DNA of 63,697 nt, filler included, from Chiloscyllium plagiosum (lineage: Eukaryota): NCBI RefSeq assembly GCF_004010195.1. It is 5 parts of one record of this genome, joined end to end, with 100 filler letters (N's around TTAATTAATTAA, not from the genome) between each part and the next. Parts side by side here need not be neighbours in the genome. Positions count along the whole stretch, not along the records: positions 31,753 to 43,416 come from NC_057717.1; positions 43,517 to 61,625 come from NC_057717.1; 3 more parts are not named here. One strand, given 5' to 3'. The translations under genes and the position numbers were made by a program. Each line of letters starts with the position of its first letter. Positions within the stretch are counted from its first letter, which is position 1. Below, piece after piece: positions 37,707 to 49,657 of this stretch. The notes beneath the pieces are model-generated. The model was given only the letters and a program-made list of their open reading frames with translations. It was not told the DNA's origin and made no database searches.

Positions 37707-38598
37707 AATACCCAGAATTACTGGATTATCCAGTTACAAATTTAAAGTTTTAAAAAAGATGTGAGGGGCATTTTTTAATCCAGAGAATGAATGAACTTCC
37801 AGAGGAAGTGGTAAATACAACATTTGAAGACATTTGGATGAATAGGAAAGGTTTGGAGGGATATGGACGAGGGCAGGCAGGTGGGATAGTTTCGCTTGGG
37901 GTTATGGACAGCATGGACTGGGTCTGTTTCCATGGTGTATGACCCCATGACTCTACAGTGCCCCTTATGCCCAGACAGAAGCCACATCCTGGTGTCATCA
38001 CAACATCCTGAAGCTGGTTTTATAGATCCAGATGATGGACCCACTTCCTTCTCAAAATTACACAAATGTTATTAGTTATCGATGTGAACAGACCGAATCA
38101 CCTGACTCCTGACTGAATCAGCCAGGGCACACCATGTAGTCCCAGAGGCTTGGTCATGTCCTGGATGCCAGGGTGGCATCTGAATACAGTACTATATGTG
38201 ACTCACAGTGAGTGTGTGAGACACTATCCCCCTCTCACCGCGCCCCCCCCCCCCCCCTCCTCCCCCCACCCCACGCCGGGAATCAAACAGCATGGCAGCA
38301 ACAATGAGGGTTATGTCCCGGGGGTGATCTCTCCCATGCACGCCCTCAAACCAGGTAAAACCCAGAGAATGACAAAACCTCTGCTTTGGTGTTTAACCTC
38401 ATCGCTGTCCCCTACACCCAGACCAGGGGGGCGGCGGGGGGGGTCTGCACAATCCAGACACCCTGAACTCAGAGAGCTGGCAAAAAATACAACAGGTGGG
38501 TTAAAGAGAATTTGTATTTAACACAGCGTGATAATGCAGACTCAACAGTAATTTTCACAAAAGTGCATTTGACCAATACCTAAAAAAAAATAGAGGTT

Positions 38599-38927
38599 TG
38601 GGGCGGCACGGTGGCTCAGTGGTTAGCACTGCTGCCTCACAGCGCCAGGGTCCTGGGTTCAATTCCCGCCTCAGGTGACTGTCTGTGTGTGGAGTTTGCA
38701 CGTTCTCCCCGTGTCTGCGTGGGTTTCCTCCGGGTGCTCCGGTTTCCTCCCACAGTCCAAAGATGTGCAGGTCAGGGTGAATTGGCCATGCTAAATTGCC
38801 CGTAGTGTTAGGTGCGTTAGTCAGGGGTAAATGTAGGGGAATGGGTCTGGGTGGGTTTCTCTTCGGAGGGTCAGTGTGGACTTGTTGGGCCGAAGGGCCT
38901 GTTTCCACACTGTAGGGAATCTAATCT
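38599..38927 (+). mobile_element. HE1-type V-SINE, full length
   Basis: A box gtggctcagtggttagc, B box gggttcaattccc, V-domain, and tail gggcctgtttccacactgtagggaatctaatcta. Confidence 0.92.
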
Positions 38928-40185
38928 ATTCTTATCTATAAGAGGGGCGGCAAACTTGTTAGCGAGAAATGAAATCGATAGCCAGAAGTTGAAAGGCGTG
39001 AAATCTGTGTGGGTAGACTTGAGAAACCGCAACAAAGCGATGACCCTGACGGGAATTGTGTCCAGACCTGCCAGCAGTTGGCCGTGGGGAAGAAAGGAAA
39101 TCAGGGGATGACAAGGCATGTTCAAAACACCATTGCAGTGATCATGAGGGACTTCAATACTCAGGTGTTCTGGGAATGTCAGGTTGGTAGCAACCGGCAA
39201 GAAAAGGAATGTGTGGAATGTCTACGAGACTTATTTTGGAGCAGCTCGTGGTAGAGTTTATGAGGGATCAGGCAACTCTGGATTTTGTGAAGTGTAATGA
39301 GGCAGACCTGATGAGGGAGCTGAAGGTGAAGGTGGGGACACCGACCGCATTGTGATCGAATTCAGCCTGCAGTTTGAATGGTGTGACAACGGGACAAGAG
39401 GTGACTATAATGAGGAGCTAGCCAGAGTTGATTGGAAGGGGAGCCGAGCTGGGAAGGCAATGCAGCAGCAGATGGTAAGAGCTTCTGGGGGTAATTCAGG
39501 AGACGCAGCGGGGATCCATCCCGAGGGAGAAGCAACGTACTAAGGGGAGGATGAGGCGACCGTGGCTAACAGGGGAAGCCAGGGACAGCGCACAAGAAAA
39601 AAAACAAAACAATTTGGGGATGATTCGTTGGAAGCCAGAGGATTGGGAACCTTTAAAAACCAGCAGAGAATATCTAAAAAAACGGTGAAGCAGGAGAAGT
39701 TGAAATATGAGGGTTACCTGGCGAGTAAGATTAAAAAGATTGCACGAGGTTTTTTTTTTAGATATATAAAATGTAAGAGAGAGAGGCAAGAGTGGACGAC
39801 TGGAAAATGAGGCTGGTGAAGTAGCAATGGGGATCAAAGAAATGGCAGAGGAACTGAACTGTACGTTGTATCCGTTTTCACAATGCCATACCGGAACTTC
39901 AAGAGAGTCATGGGGCAGTGGTTAGTTTGGTGGCCACCATTAAAGAGAGGGTGCTGGGGAAGCTGAAAGGTCTGATGGTGGATAAATCACTTGGGACCAG
40001 ATGGACTTCATCCCCGAGTCCCGAAGGAGATAGCCGAGGAGATTGTAAAGGCTTTGGTGGCGATCTTTCAGGGATCGCTCGAGTCAGGGAAGGTCCCAGA
40101 GGATAATGTAGCACCCCTGTTCAAGGAGGGAGGGAGGCAGAAGACAGGAAACTATAGGCTGGTTAGCCTGGCCTAAAATATCAGA

Positions 40186-40404
40186 TTCTGGATTAGTGGT
40201 GCTGGAAGAGCACAGCAGTTCAGGCAGCATCCGAGGAGCAGGAAAATCGACGTTTCAGGCAAAAGCCCTCTATTCCTGATGAAGGGCTTTTGCCTGAAAC
40301 ATCGATTTTGCCTGTCCTCGGATGCTGCCTGAACTGCTGTGCCTCTCCAGCACCACTGATCCAGAATCTGGTTTCCAGCATCTGCAGTCATTGTTTTTAC
40401 CTCG
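40186..40404. mobile_element. Palindromic PLE pLTR insert (family A)
   Basis: Perfect 11-bp TSD aaaatatcaga (40175-40185, 40405-40415), inverted arms, and a 34-nt unpaired tail at 40371-40404. Confidence 0.92.
40272..40308 (+). ncRNA. Minimal type I hammerhead ribozyme (PLE family A)
   Basis: attc-CTGATGA-a-gggc(tttt)gcct-GAAA-ca-TC-gatt. Core intact; stem III is ACAT (CpG decay). Confidence 0.7.
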
Positions 40405-41128
40405 AAAATATCAGAGTCTGTTATTAAGGATGCAATTGCGGAGTATTTGGAAGTGCGTGGTAAATTAGGGATGAGTCAACATGACTTCTGGACAAAAGAG
40501 TATTGAGTACAGGAGTTGGGAGATCATGTTGCGGCTGTACAGGACATTGGTTAGGCCACTGTTGGAATATTGCGTGCAATTCTGGTCTCCTTCCTATCGG
40601 AAAGATGTTGTGAAACTTGAAAGGGTTCAGTAAAGATTTACAAGGATGTTGCCAGGGTTGGAGGATAGTGGAGGAGGCTGGCACAATTGCAACATTTAAG
40701 AGGCATCTGGATAGGTATATGAATAGGAAGGGTTTGGAGGGATATGGGCCGGGTGCTGGCAGGTGGGACTAGATTGGGTTGGGATATGTGGTCGGCATGG
40801 ACGGGTTGGGCCGAAGGGTCTATGTCCGTGCTGTACATCTCGATAACTCTATGACACTATAACTAGGGGCAGTGTTGCTAACTTTGCAGATGTCACAAAG
40901 CTGGGTGGAGGGCCAGGTAGTGTAGAGGGAGCAGGATATGGCTACAGAAGGACATGGACATAGTAGGAGACTGGACAAAGAAATGGCAGCTGGACTGCAG
41001 TGTGGAGAATGTGAGGTTATGCACTTTGCTCGGAACAATAGAGGCATATTTTCTAAATGGGGAAAGGTTTCGGAAGTCTGAAGCAAAAGGGACTTGGGAG
41101 TCCTAGCCCTGGGTTTCATTAAGGTTAA

Positions 41129-41297
41129 AATCAACAAGGCGAAAGCGAGGGCTGCAGATGCTGGAGTCTAGATCAGAGCGGTGCTGGAAAAGCACAGCAG
41201 GTCAGGCAGCATCCGAGGAGCGGGAGGATCGACGTTTCAGGCAGGAGTCCTCCCTGACCTGCTGTGCTTTTCCAGCACCGCTCTGATCTTGACTTTG
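41129..41297. mobile_element. Palindromic PLE pLTR insert (family A), centre deleted
   Basis: 10-bp TSD ttaaggttaa (41119-41128, 41298-41307) and a ~36-nt tail on the left. Confidence 0.88.
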
Positions 41298-41726
41298 TTA
41301 AGGTTAACCCACATGTTCAGGTGGCCTTAACATGCTCACGTTACGTAACTCGTCCAAACAACACTTGTCCCTGCTTTAATGTGAGCACAGCAACCCCAAA
41401 TACCAATGTGCAATTTAAAATGAACAATCCAACAACTTAATTAGATGTTACCGCCTCAGAGTGAATTCTTAAAACCACAGCCAATCCCTAAATGCTTCCA
41501 AATCCACCACCTGTCATTCAGCAGTTATGTCTCTCGGCTGTAGGTCTGCGTTATTTCAAGTTACATTCAGTCAGTCTGAAATGACTAGCTAAGTGCAGGC
41601 TGTTTTCAAGTTATTCAAATAATTCCTCTCCTTGGCTCATGCCCCACATTCCCACTATCAGATTCCCCCTCATCCTTTTAAATTCCATCAGGTACAGACG
41701 CAGAATCCTCAAACAATCCTCAATGT

Positions 41727-41990
41727 GACAAAGTTAAAAATCACACCGCACCAGGCTATAGTCCAACAGGTTTAAGTGGAAGCACACTAGCTTTCAGAGT
41801 GACGCTCCTTCACCAGGTCGTTGCGGAGATCATAGGATTGGGGAATACAATCTTATAATCCACAACCACCTGATGAAGGAGCGTCGCTCCGAAAGCTAGT
41901 GCCTCCAATTAAACCTGTCGGACTCTAACCTGGTGTTGTGTGATTTTTAACTTTGTCCAGCCCAGTCCAGCCCAGCTCCTCCCCATCACA
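41727..41990. mobile_element. Palindromic PLE pLTR insert (family B) with two opposed hammerheads
   Basis: Arms gacaaagttaaaaatcacac... / ...gtgtgatttttaactttgtc, with a tail on the right. Confidence 0.88.
41867..41901 (+). ncRNA. Intact minimal type I hammerhead ribozyme (PLE family B)
   Basis: cac-CTGATGA-a-ggagc(gtc)gctcc-GAAA-gc-TA-gtg: stem I cac/gtg, perfect 5-bp stem II, palindromic AGCT stem III. Predicted cleavage after A41898. Confidence 0.85.
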
Positions 41991-42074
41991 TGACATCCCT
42001 GGGATAGTTCTTGTAAACCTCTTCTGGACTGACCCCAAGGACAGCCCTTCAATACAAGGGCCCATAAACATTGA

Positions 42075-42200
42075 GAGACAAATGAAACGGAACGTGCTGG
42101 AGGAACCCAGTTGGGTCTGCCAGCATCTGTACAGAGAGAGAGAGAGAGAGAGAGACGCAGAGTTAATGTTTCTGACGGTTTTAGAACTCTCTCCATCTTC
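42075..42200 (-). mobile_element. Third-family PLE-type terminal repeat remnant with (GA)n
   Basis: gtgctggaggaacccagttgggtctgccagcatctgt...cagagttaatgtttc; related remnant at ~32430-32500. Confidence 0.45.
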
Positions 42201-42513
42201 CGCAGTTCTCTGTTTCAATAAACTACCATCCTTGAGCTCAGCGTCAGCCTCATCTTCCTAAGGCTGAAGGCTCCCATTGCGTAATGGTAGTGTCCCTACC
42301 TCAGAGCCAGTGAACCTGGATTCAAGTCCGACCTGCTCCACAGGTGTGCTGTAACAATTATGTTAGAGTCATAGAGATGTACAGCATGGAAACAGACCCT
42401 TCGGTCCAACCCGTCCATGCTGACCAGATATCCCAACCCAATCTAGTCCCACCTGCCAGCACCCGGCCCAAATCCATCTTCCAAATATTCCAAAATGTTG
42501 AGCCCTCCATTCC

Positions 42514-42548
42514 CACCTGATGAAGGAGCGTCGCTCTGAAAGCTAGTG
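42514..42548 (+). ncRNA. Minimal type I hammerhead ribozyme (PLE family B)
   Basis: cac-CTGATGA-a-ggagc(gtc)gctct-GAAA-gc-TA-gtg with a G-U closing pair; followed by the family B arm to ~42600. Confidence 0.8.
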
Positions 42549-43043
42549 TGCTTCTAATTAAACCTGTTGGACTATAACCTGGTGTTGTGTGGTTTTTAAC
42601 AATGGCCTGTACAGCCACAACATGCCCTTGAACTCCTATACTGACCAATGAAGGAAAGCACACCAAACGCTGCCTTCACTATCCTACCTACCTGCGACTC
42701 CACTCTCAAGGAGCTACGAGCCTGCACTCCAAGGTCTCTTTGTTCAGCAACACTCCCCAGGACCTTCCAATATTGTTCAGAAATAACTCTCCCCACGGCT
42801 TCCCAGAGTCTGGTCCCGGGATAATGAGTTCCTCAGGAGAGGGGGTAGGAGGTAGGCCAGAGGAAGGTGTGGACAAGGGGGAAGGGTGCGGGATCTCCCT
42901 GTGCCTGTAACAACTGTGCGGTGGATGGAGCAGGAAGCAGTGTCAATAACACCAGGCCGGCCCACACTGAGAGCAAGTTCAATGTAATCACTAGAATCCA
43001 GGAGCAGGAACCAGCTCCCTGCTCACTTCCATCTCCAAACAAC

Positions 43044-43133
43044 GGGATTGGGATCGGGATCGGGATCGGGATTGGGATCGGGATCGGGATCGGGATTGGG
43101 ATCGGGATCGGGATCGGGATCGGGATCGGGATT
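43044..43133. repeat. (GGGATC/GGGATT)n hexamer microsatellite
   Basis: ~15 units visible directly. Confidence 0.97.
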
Positions 43134-43204
43134 GACACACAATCACACTGTGGGAACCCACTCATATTCAGGCAATGGGGTCACCGTGTCAGAGAGAGAG
43201 GGAG

Positions 43205-43416
43205 GGAGACAGAGAGACACAGAGTGTCCCCACCCTCACAGAGACACAGAGCGTCCCCACCCCCACAGTGAGACACAGAGCACCCCCACACCAACAGAGA
43301 CACAGAGCGTCCCCACCCCCAAAGCGAGAGACACAGTGTCCCCACCCCCACAGTGAGAGACACAGAGCACCCCCACTCCCACAGAGACACAGAGCGTCCC
43401 CACCCCCACAGTGAGA
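43205..43416. repeat. ~27-31 bp minisatellite
   Basis: Unit gagacacagagcgtccccacccccacagt, ~7 copies, running into the linker. Confidence 0.92.
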
Positions 43417-43516
43417 NNNNNNNNNNNNNNNNNNNNNNNNNNNNNNNNNNNNNNNNNNNNTTAATTAATTAANNNNNNNNNNNNNNNNNNNNNNNNNNNN
43501 NNNNNNNNNNNNNNNN
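43417..43516. other. Artificial scaffold linker
   Basis: 44 N + TTAATTAATTAA + 44 N. Confidence 0.97.
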
Positions 43517-45029
43517 ACTAAAGGGAAAGGGACGTCCTGATTTCATTGCAGGACCCGTTATTTTAAACTTAACTTAACATCAAATCGCCTCTTTTGAGAC
43601 ATAAGGAAACAATAATTAGGAAAAGACATAAACCATTCAGCCCTCTAAACCTGTCCCACATTCCTCCTGACTCTTTACGATCAACTATGTATCAAACCCA
43701 GCCTCTGCTGCTGTCTCAGCACGAGAATACCTGATCGCATAACAGCACACAAACGAGCGATATTAGGCCATTCCGACAATCGAGTCTGATATGCCGTTCA
43801 ATAATTTCTTATATGTTCCTCAACCTCATTCTCCTGCCTTCTTCCAAGAATCCTTGATCCCCTTATAAATCAAAAACTTATCTCTTGGTGTCTCTAAGAC
43901 ACGAGTGTCTCGGTGTGTGTGTATGTGTGTGTATGTCCATGTGCTTGTTATCTGAGTATTTGTGTGCCTACGTCTGTCTGTACATCAACCTATGTGTTTC
44001 TATCTGTGTTTGTGTCTATCTGTGTGTGATTGTATATGCCTCTGTGTGCTTCTACGTGTGTGTATGCCTATCTTCTTGTCTGTTTTGTGCACGTTAGTAT
44101 ATTGGGGTATTTACCAATATTTCTGTGTAATTCTGTGCCTGCACCTCTGCGCAATGTGGTATGTGTTTTTTGGGGGGAGGGAGTGAGAGAGCTGACGTTG
44201 GAACTGCCAGTGGGTTCAAAGTGAGAATTGCTCTTCATTGAACATTGCTCCTTGCTCGGTTGGTGGGACAAGGATGTTTCAGAATCTCTACACGAGGAGT
44301 GCCGATCCTGCCCAGCTTGTACCAGGTCCTCCGCACATGGCGATGGTGGGGAGGGGGTGAGGAATGGAGTACCGTATATCAGGCACTCCAACACCCAGCT
44401 TGGTCCTTTCTGTCCTATTCCAGGCTGTTTCTCCTCTAATCGGAGAAATGGAGGAAGGGAATGAAGGTGGGAGTGGGTGGCCCTGCTGTTAGTGCTGGTG
44501 TAGGTGGGGGTGGGCGAAATCGTGAGATGGCTGGAGGGAGACAGACCACAGTGCAGAATCCATGCAGTGTTATTCGTGCGGTGTATTGCATAGACCACAG
44601 ACAAAATGATTGAAGGAAGGTGCTGAATTCAATCGTGTGGTAGTGCATGATCCTTATTTTCAGATAGAGCGTGAGGCTTGTTCGGTTTTCGGTGCGATGA
44701 CAGACACACAGTGAGTGTGAGAGAGCAGAGAGAATACGGTGACCATTACCCTGGCAAACTTGGGAGGACATTGATGCTTGTCCTGTATTGCTGGATATTT
44801 CTTCAGATCATCTCAGCGTTGAGGTGAGGCTCCTCTAATGTGTTGCCCATGTCTCTCACTAATAACGCCCCAGACTCTGCCCCTCAGATCCCACAGTATC
44901 AGTTTGGGGAGATCGTACAAACAGCAAAGAGAAACAAACATTGGTGCGTTATATATTTAAACCAAAACTGTCATGCAAATATTTTGCATCATATTCTCTG
45001 GAAATTAGATAAGGAAGCATATGCAGGGA

Positions 45030-45375
45030 AGAGCAATGGCCTGGCAGTATTATTGCTGGACTCTTAAGCCAGAGATCCACGTAATGTTGTGGGCGCCTGG
45101 CCTGAATTTTTCCATGGCTGGTGGTGGAACTTGAATTCAATACGTATCTGGAATCAAGGGTCTATGATGAGAAGGAATCTGTTATCGCTTGTTGGGGAAA
45201 AAACTCATCTGTTTCACTGAATGCCGTTTAGGGAAGGGAACTGCTGTTCTTACCTGGTCTGGCCTACATGTGACTCCGGACCTGCGGCAACGCTGTTGAC
45301 TCTTAATTGCCCTCCGACAGCAGCGGTAAATGCTGGCTATCCAGTGACGCCCACATCCTGTAAATGAGTAACAAA
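45030..45375 (+). mobile_element. SacSINE1/DeuSINE-type SINE
   Basis: gcaatggcctggcagtattattgctggact...cttacctggtctggcctacatgtgactcc...gacgcccacatcctgtaaatga. Paralog at ~56080-56415. Confidence 0.7.
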
Positions 45376-45759
45376 TACTCGTGATTGCTGCTGTAATAAT
45401 TGATGGTATCGAGTTGCATTGAAAACGCCTTAACTAAGTAACTGCTAATGTTGTGAAAAATAAATTCGATTAGTGTATTTGAGGTGGGTTGAAGACTATG
45501 TTGTGAACCAAACTATAGAGCACGTCATTTCAGATTTGGTGTTGTGTGGTCAGAACGACTAATTAATAACCGTGCTCTTAAGCAGCTTTTGAGGAATGTC
45601 ATTAATATGTTGCATTTTACATGGCGTCTGCATACAAAGTAGCATGTGTGAGCATTCTGGTCAAACGTCATGGAAGCCTGGGGGCTAGAAGGTCAAGTTC
45701 GCTCCAGCGAATTGGAAACTACAATATAACAGTCAGTGGGAGACAAGCAATGGTTGTTA

Positions 45760-47060
45760 GAGTCATAGAGTCCTACAACAAAGACACAGGTTGTAGGAAT
45801 CAGTCAAAAGTGGTCCATTACTATCAAAATGTCCATACACACTAACCACATTTCCCTGCCATTGTCCGCATCCTTCTCATCATTTATATCTGTGTATTTG
45901 TTCAATTGTGTTTTAAATTTTGTGAACGTACCCACCTCAAACACTTCCACTGGCATCTCATTCCATATGTGTACATCCGGTGTGTAAAAGAAATGCTCCT
46001 CAGGTTCCCTTTTATTCTTTTCCATCTGACCTTAAACTGATGTCTTCTAGTCCGTAATTAATTACCCCAGTGACAAATGACTCATTGCATTCACTTTATT
46101 TATGCCTCCCATGATCTTATTCGCTTTTATAAGATCCCCGCCCCCCTCAGTTTGATACACTCTAAAGTAAAACGTACTACCTCGCCCTACCTATGACCAT
46201 TGAGACCTTGGCAACATCATTGCAAATTTCTTGTGAACTTTTTCACAATTTAATAACATCTTTCCCTTCGCAAAGTGAGCAAACGAAACATTAAGGTGCA
46301 TGTATGCGCTCACCAGTGCATCCTGCAACATAATTTCCCAACTTCGATGTTCATCGCCATGACTGATGAATGCCAGAGTGACAGAAGCCTTCTTCACTGT
46401 CCTGTCTAACTCTGAATCAACGTTCAGAGAACCATGCTCCCGAATTCCAGGGTTCGTCTGTTCCACTCCACCTCTTAAGACTCAACCATGAAATTCCGAC
46501 CTTGATTTGACTTTCCAAATGCTAGACCTCACATGCATCTATATTAAACTCCATTTGCCATTTCTCGGCCCATGTCCCGAGCTGATCAGCGTCCTGCTGC
46601 AATTTGTGTTAACCTTCCTCACTGTCCACAATACCGCATATTTTACTGTCATCTGCAATCTTAGTAATGATGTCTTGTACATTCGAATCTAAATAATTAC
46701 ACATATAACAAACAGAAATGATCGCAGCACCGACCCCCGAGTCACTCCACTAGTGACAGACCTCCCATCCAACAAACATCCTTCCAATATTACACTCTGC
46801 TTCCTTCTATCAAGCCAAATTTGCATCCAAATTGCAAGCTACCACTCAATTCCATGCGATCTAATCTTCCAGTCCAGCGTAACATGTGGAATGAAATCTT
46901 TGTAGACTACGTATACCGCCCTGCCCTCGCCAACATTGATGGTCACTTCATCAAAGAACACTAACAAATTTGTGAGCCATGATCTCCTTTGTACAAAAAT
47001 GTATTGACTGTTCCTAATCACACCCTGTCTTTCCAAATGCATGAATATCTTCTCTCTCAG
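45760..47060 (-). mobile_element. CR1 LINE RT to 3' end
   Basis: MHLERQGVIRNSQ..FV.RRSWLTNLLVFFDEVT and SGVTRGSVL motifs; tail agagtcatagag. Paralog at ~56805-58200. Confidence 0.85.
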
Positions 47061-48699
47061 AATGCAATATCTTCTCTCTCCTCTTGCAGTGCTTTCGGAT
47101 ACTTCTGGTCAGAAATGGTAGATTTAAAGAAATACTGCAGAATCTGAAAATGCGTCTATTTCTTGAAGGTAAAAACACCAAAATATGTTAAAGTGACTTA
47201 ATGATGGTTAACATAACATCTTATCGATTATATTAATCACAGGAATTGACTTCAGAAGAATTCCAGACATTTTGGAAAACTGGGAATTCTCAAAAAATTA
47301 CAATCGAGAAGAGTGCCATGACACTGATATGGAAATCAAAAAGTGAACATGTATATTAACAAACAGAACACAAAGATGGCATACATCGAAAAACTATATT
47401 TCAAATAAAACAAGATAAAAGCAATGTCAAATGTAGGAATTTTTTATCGGGAGAGGAGGGTTTATTGTGGTGAACAGGGAAATGGACAAGAATATAACCA
47501 GTTCCTTTGTACCTGTCTTCATGCGCGAAGATCCCGAAAATCTCTGAGAAATACCAAATGATCATCTAGGACACGTGGAACTAAAGACATAAAGTAAATT
47601 CATATCAGTAACAAGGTAGTACTTAACATTGTAGCTGGATTGAGAATTGATAGGTCTGAGAGCCAGATGTACTTCATATCAAAATATTACAAATAAATCA
47701 GCAACAGAGTATTAATTGCACAGTCGATTAGTGTGTTTTATTTTCTTATGCATTCTGCAGACGACGGAAGCCATTCTCGATGAATGGAAGGTAGTAAACG
47801 TGATACAAGCATGGTAGATGAATGGAATGTATCCAAGCATGTACAAAGGCAAGAAGAGATAATGTGGAGAACTGCAGAACAAATAGCTTGACATCTGTCG
47901 TTACATTGTTGAAATCTATTACATAGGGTGAGATATTGGACATTTAAAAATTAACAGCAACATTAGGGAAATCGTAAGCATTGCTGAAAGGGAAATCATA
48001 CTTGATAAACTTCGAAATAGTTTGTAGGGTATTTGGAGGAATAGATGTAAGTGGAAAGTTAAAGTTAGGTTCGCCTTCATTTCAGGGAATCAGAATATTG
48101 ATGGGAGGTCATGTTGAAGCAGACTGTGTCTGGAGTATTGTGTACGGTTTTGGTGACCGAATCTGAGAAAAATATACTGACGACAGAGGCAGTGCAATGG
48201 ACATTCTCCAGATAAATGCACCAGGTGGTGAGATTGCCTGATGAGGAAACTCGACCTGTGTTCTCTCGAGTTTCAAAGAATAAGAGGTAATCGCAGTGAA
48301 ATTTAGAATATACATTAAACAGTTGACAAGTTGGAAATAAACAGTACGTTTGTCTGGCTGTCTATTCTACAGTTAAGGCAACAATAGCATGAGAAGGGAC
48401 ATGCCATTTAAGACCGCAATAAGGAGGAAATTATTCACTTGTTGGGGACTGACTAACACAGGGGCATGGAAACCTGCTGGAAGTGCAAGATTAGGGAAAT
48501 TCCCTTGGTAATATACATGTATCAATAGGAACCGAATGACTAGGGAACAGTAGAACCCATCAGTGACTTGCTAAGTTGCATCCAAATAAACTTGAGTGGT
48601 AGGAGATAGATGGTGGTGGTAGAAGGCTTTTTCTGTAACTGCAAAGCAGTGTCCAATGGTACACCATAGGGATCAGTGCTGCGCCCCTTATTATTTGTG

Positions 48700-48892
48700 A
48701 TTCGGAGGTGCCAATGTTGGACTGGGGTGGACAAAGTTAAAAATCACAAATCACCAGGTTACAGTGCAACAGGTTTATTCGGAATCACGAGCTTTCAAAG
48801 CGCACATTCATGTGATGAAGAAGCAGCGCTTCAAAAGCTAGTGCCTCCGAATAAACATGTTGCACTATAACCTGGTAGTGTGTGATTTTTAA
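48700..48892. mobile_element. Palindromic PLE pLTR insert (family B), degenerate HHR
   Basis: 14-bp TSD ccttat(t/c)atttgtg (48686-48699, 48893-48906) and a 36-nt tail on the left. Paralog at ~60138-60330. Confidence 0.85.
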
Positions 48893-49504
48893 CCTTATCA
48901 TTTGTGGTATTCATAAATGATGTAGATGTGAACAGGAAGCGGTGTTGGGGGAGGGTGATAAGTAAGTGTATGTGTAACACAAGGTTTGGCCGGGTGGTTG
49001 GCAGTGGGAAGGAAGGCCTTATGTTACAGGACGATACTGATAGAATGGTCAGATGGGTGAATCAATGGCAGATTGAATGTAACCCTGCTAAGTATGAGGT
49101 GATGCAGTTTTGAAGAAGGAACCAGATGTGGAGTACTCAATGATTGGTAGCACACGAGGAAGGTCAGAGTGTGCTTCTCCACACATCCCAAAATGTGACT
49201 AAAAAGGTTAAAGCACAAGTTGAGAACGTATAGGGGATCGTAAACATAGCCTCCTTTCATCGGCACATAGATTATAAGAGCTTTGCGGAACATTGGTGAG
49301 GCCAAGATGGAATACTGTGTGTCGTTCTGGGAGACACATTACAGGAAGGATGTGATTGTTCTGGAGGGTGTGCAGAGGAGATTCACCATGATTTTCGGTT
49401 GAATGGAGCATATCAGCTGTGGAGAGTGGCTGGAAATGCTCGATTTGTTTACTTTGGAGGAGAAAAAGCAGAGGGGTCGCGATACAAAAGGATAAGATTT
49501 CGAT

Positions 49505-49657
49505 AAGTTTAATTGGAAACATACTCGCTTTCGGAGCGTAGCTCCTTCATCAGCTCCGAAAGCTAGTGTGCTTCCAATTCAACCTGTTGGACTATAACCT
49601 GGTGTTATGTGATTTTTAACTTTGTACACCCCAGTCCAACACTGGCATCTCCAAATC
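49505..49657. mobile_element. Palindromic PLE pLTR insert (family B)
   Basis: Perfect 11-bp TSD aagatttcgat (49494-49504, 49658-49668). Minus-strand CTGATGAaggagctacgctccGAAAgc. 37-nt tail on the right. Confidence 0.9.

Larger units (their letters stand above)
38940..41130 (+). mobile_element. CR1 LINE ORF2 (endonuclease to RT) with nested inserts
   Basis: SVWVDLRN, MRDFN, PDGLHPRVPKEIAEEIVKAL, PLFKEGGRQKTGNYRLVSL. A younger CR1 3' piece lies at ~40490-40860. Confidence 0.88.
43517..49560. repeat. Segmental duplication family B, copy B1
   Basis: Collinear high-identity match to 54865-61020 (offset ~11.35 kb); near-identical ORF pairs, e.g. 44949-45140 vs 55995-56186. Confidence 0.97.

Noticed and set aside
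38599..38675. tRNA gene (also 59666-59740, 42278-42335)
   Set aside because: At 38599 and 59666 the A/B boxes continue directly into SINE bodies; at 42278 it is a truncated head of the same kind. No complete cloverleaf, so these are tRNA-derived SINE heads.
42833..43356. (GI)n/(IP)n/(GS)n repeat proteins
   Set aside because: Translation of a GGGATC microsatellite and the adjacent minisatellite.
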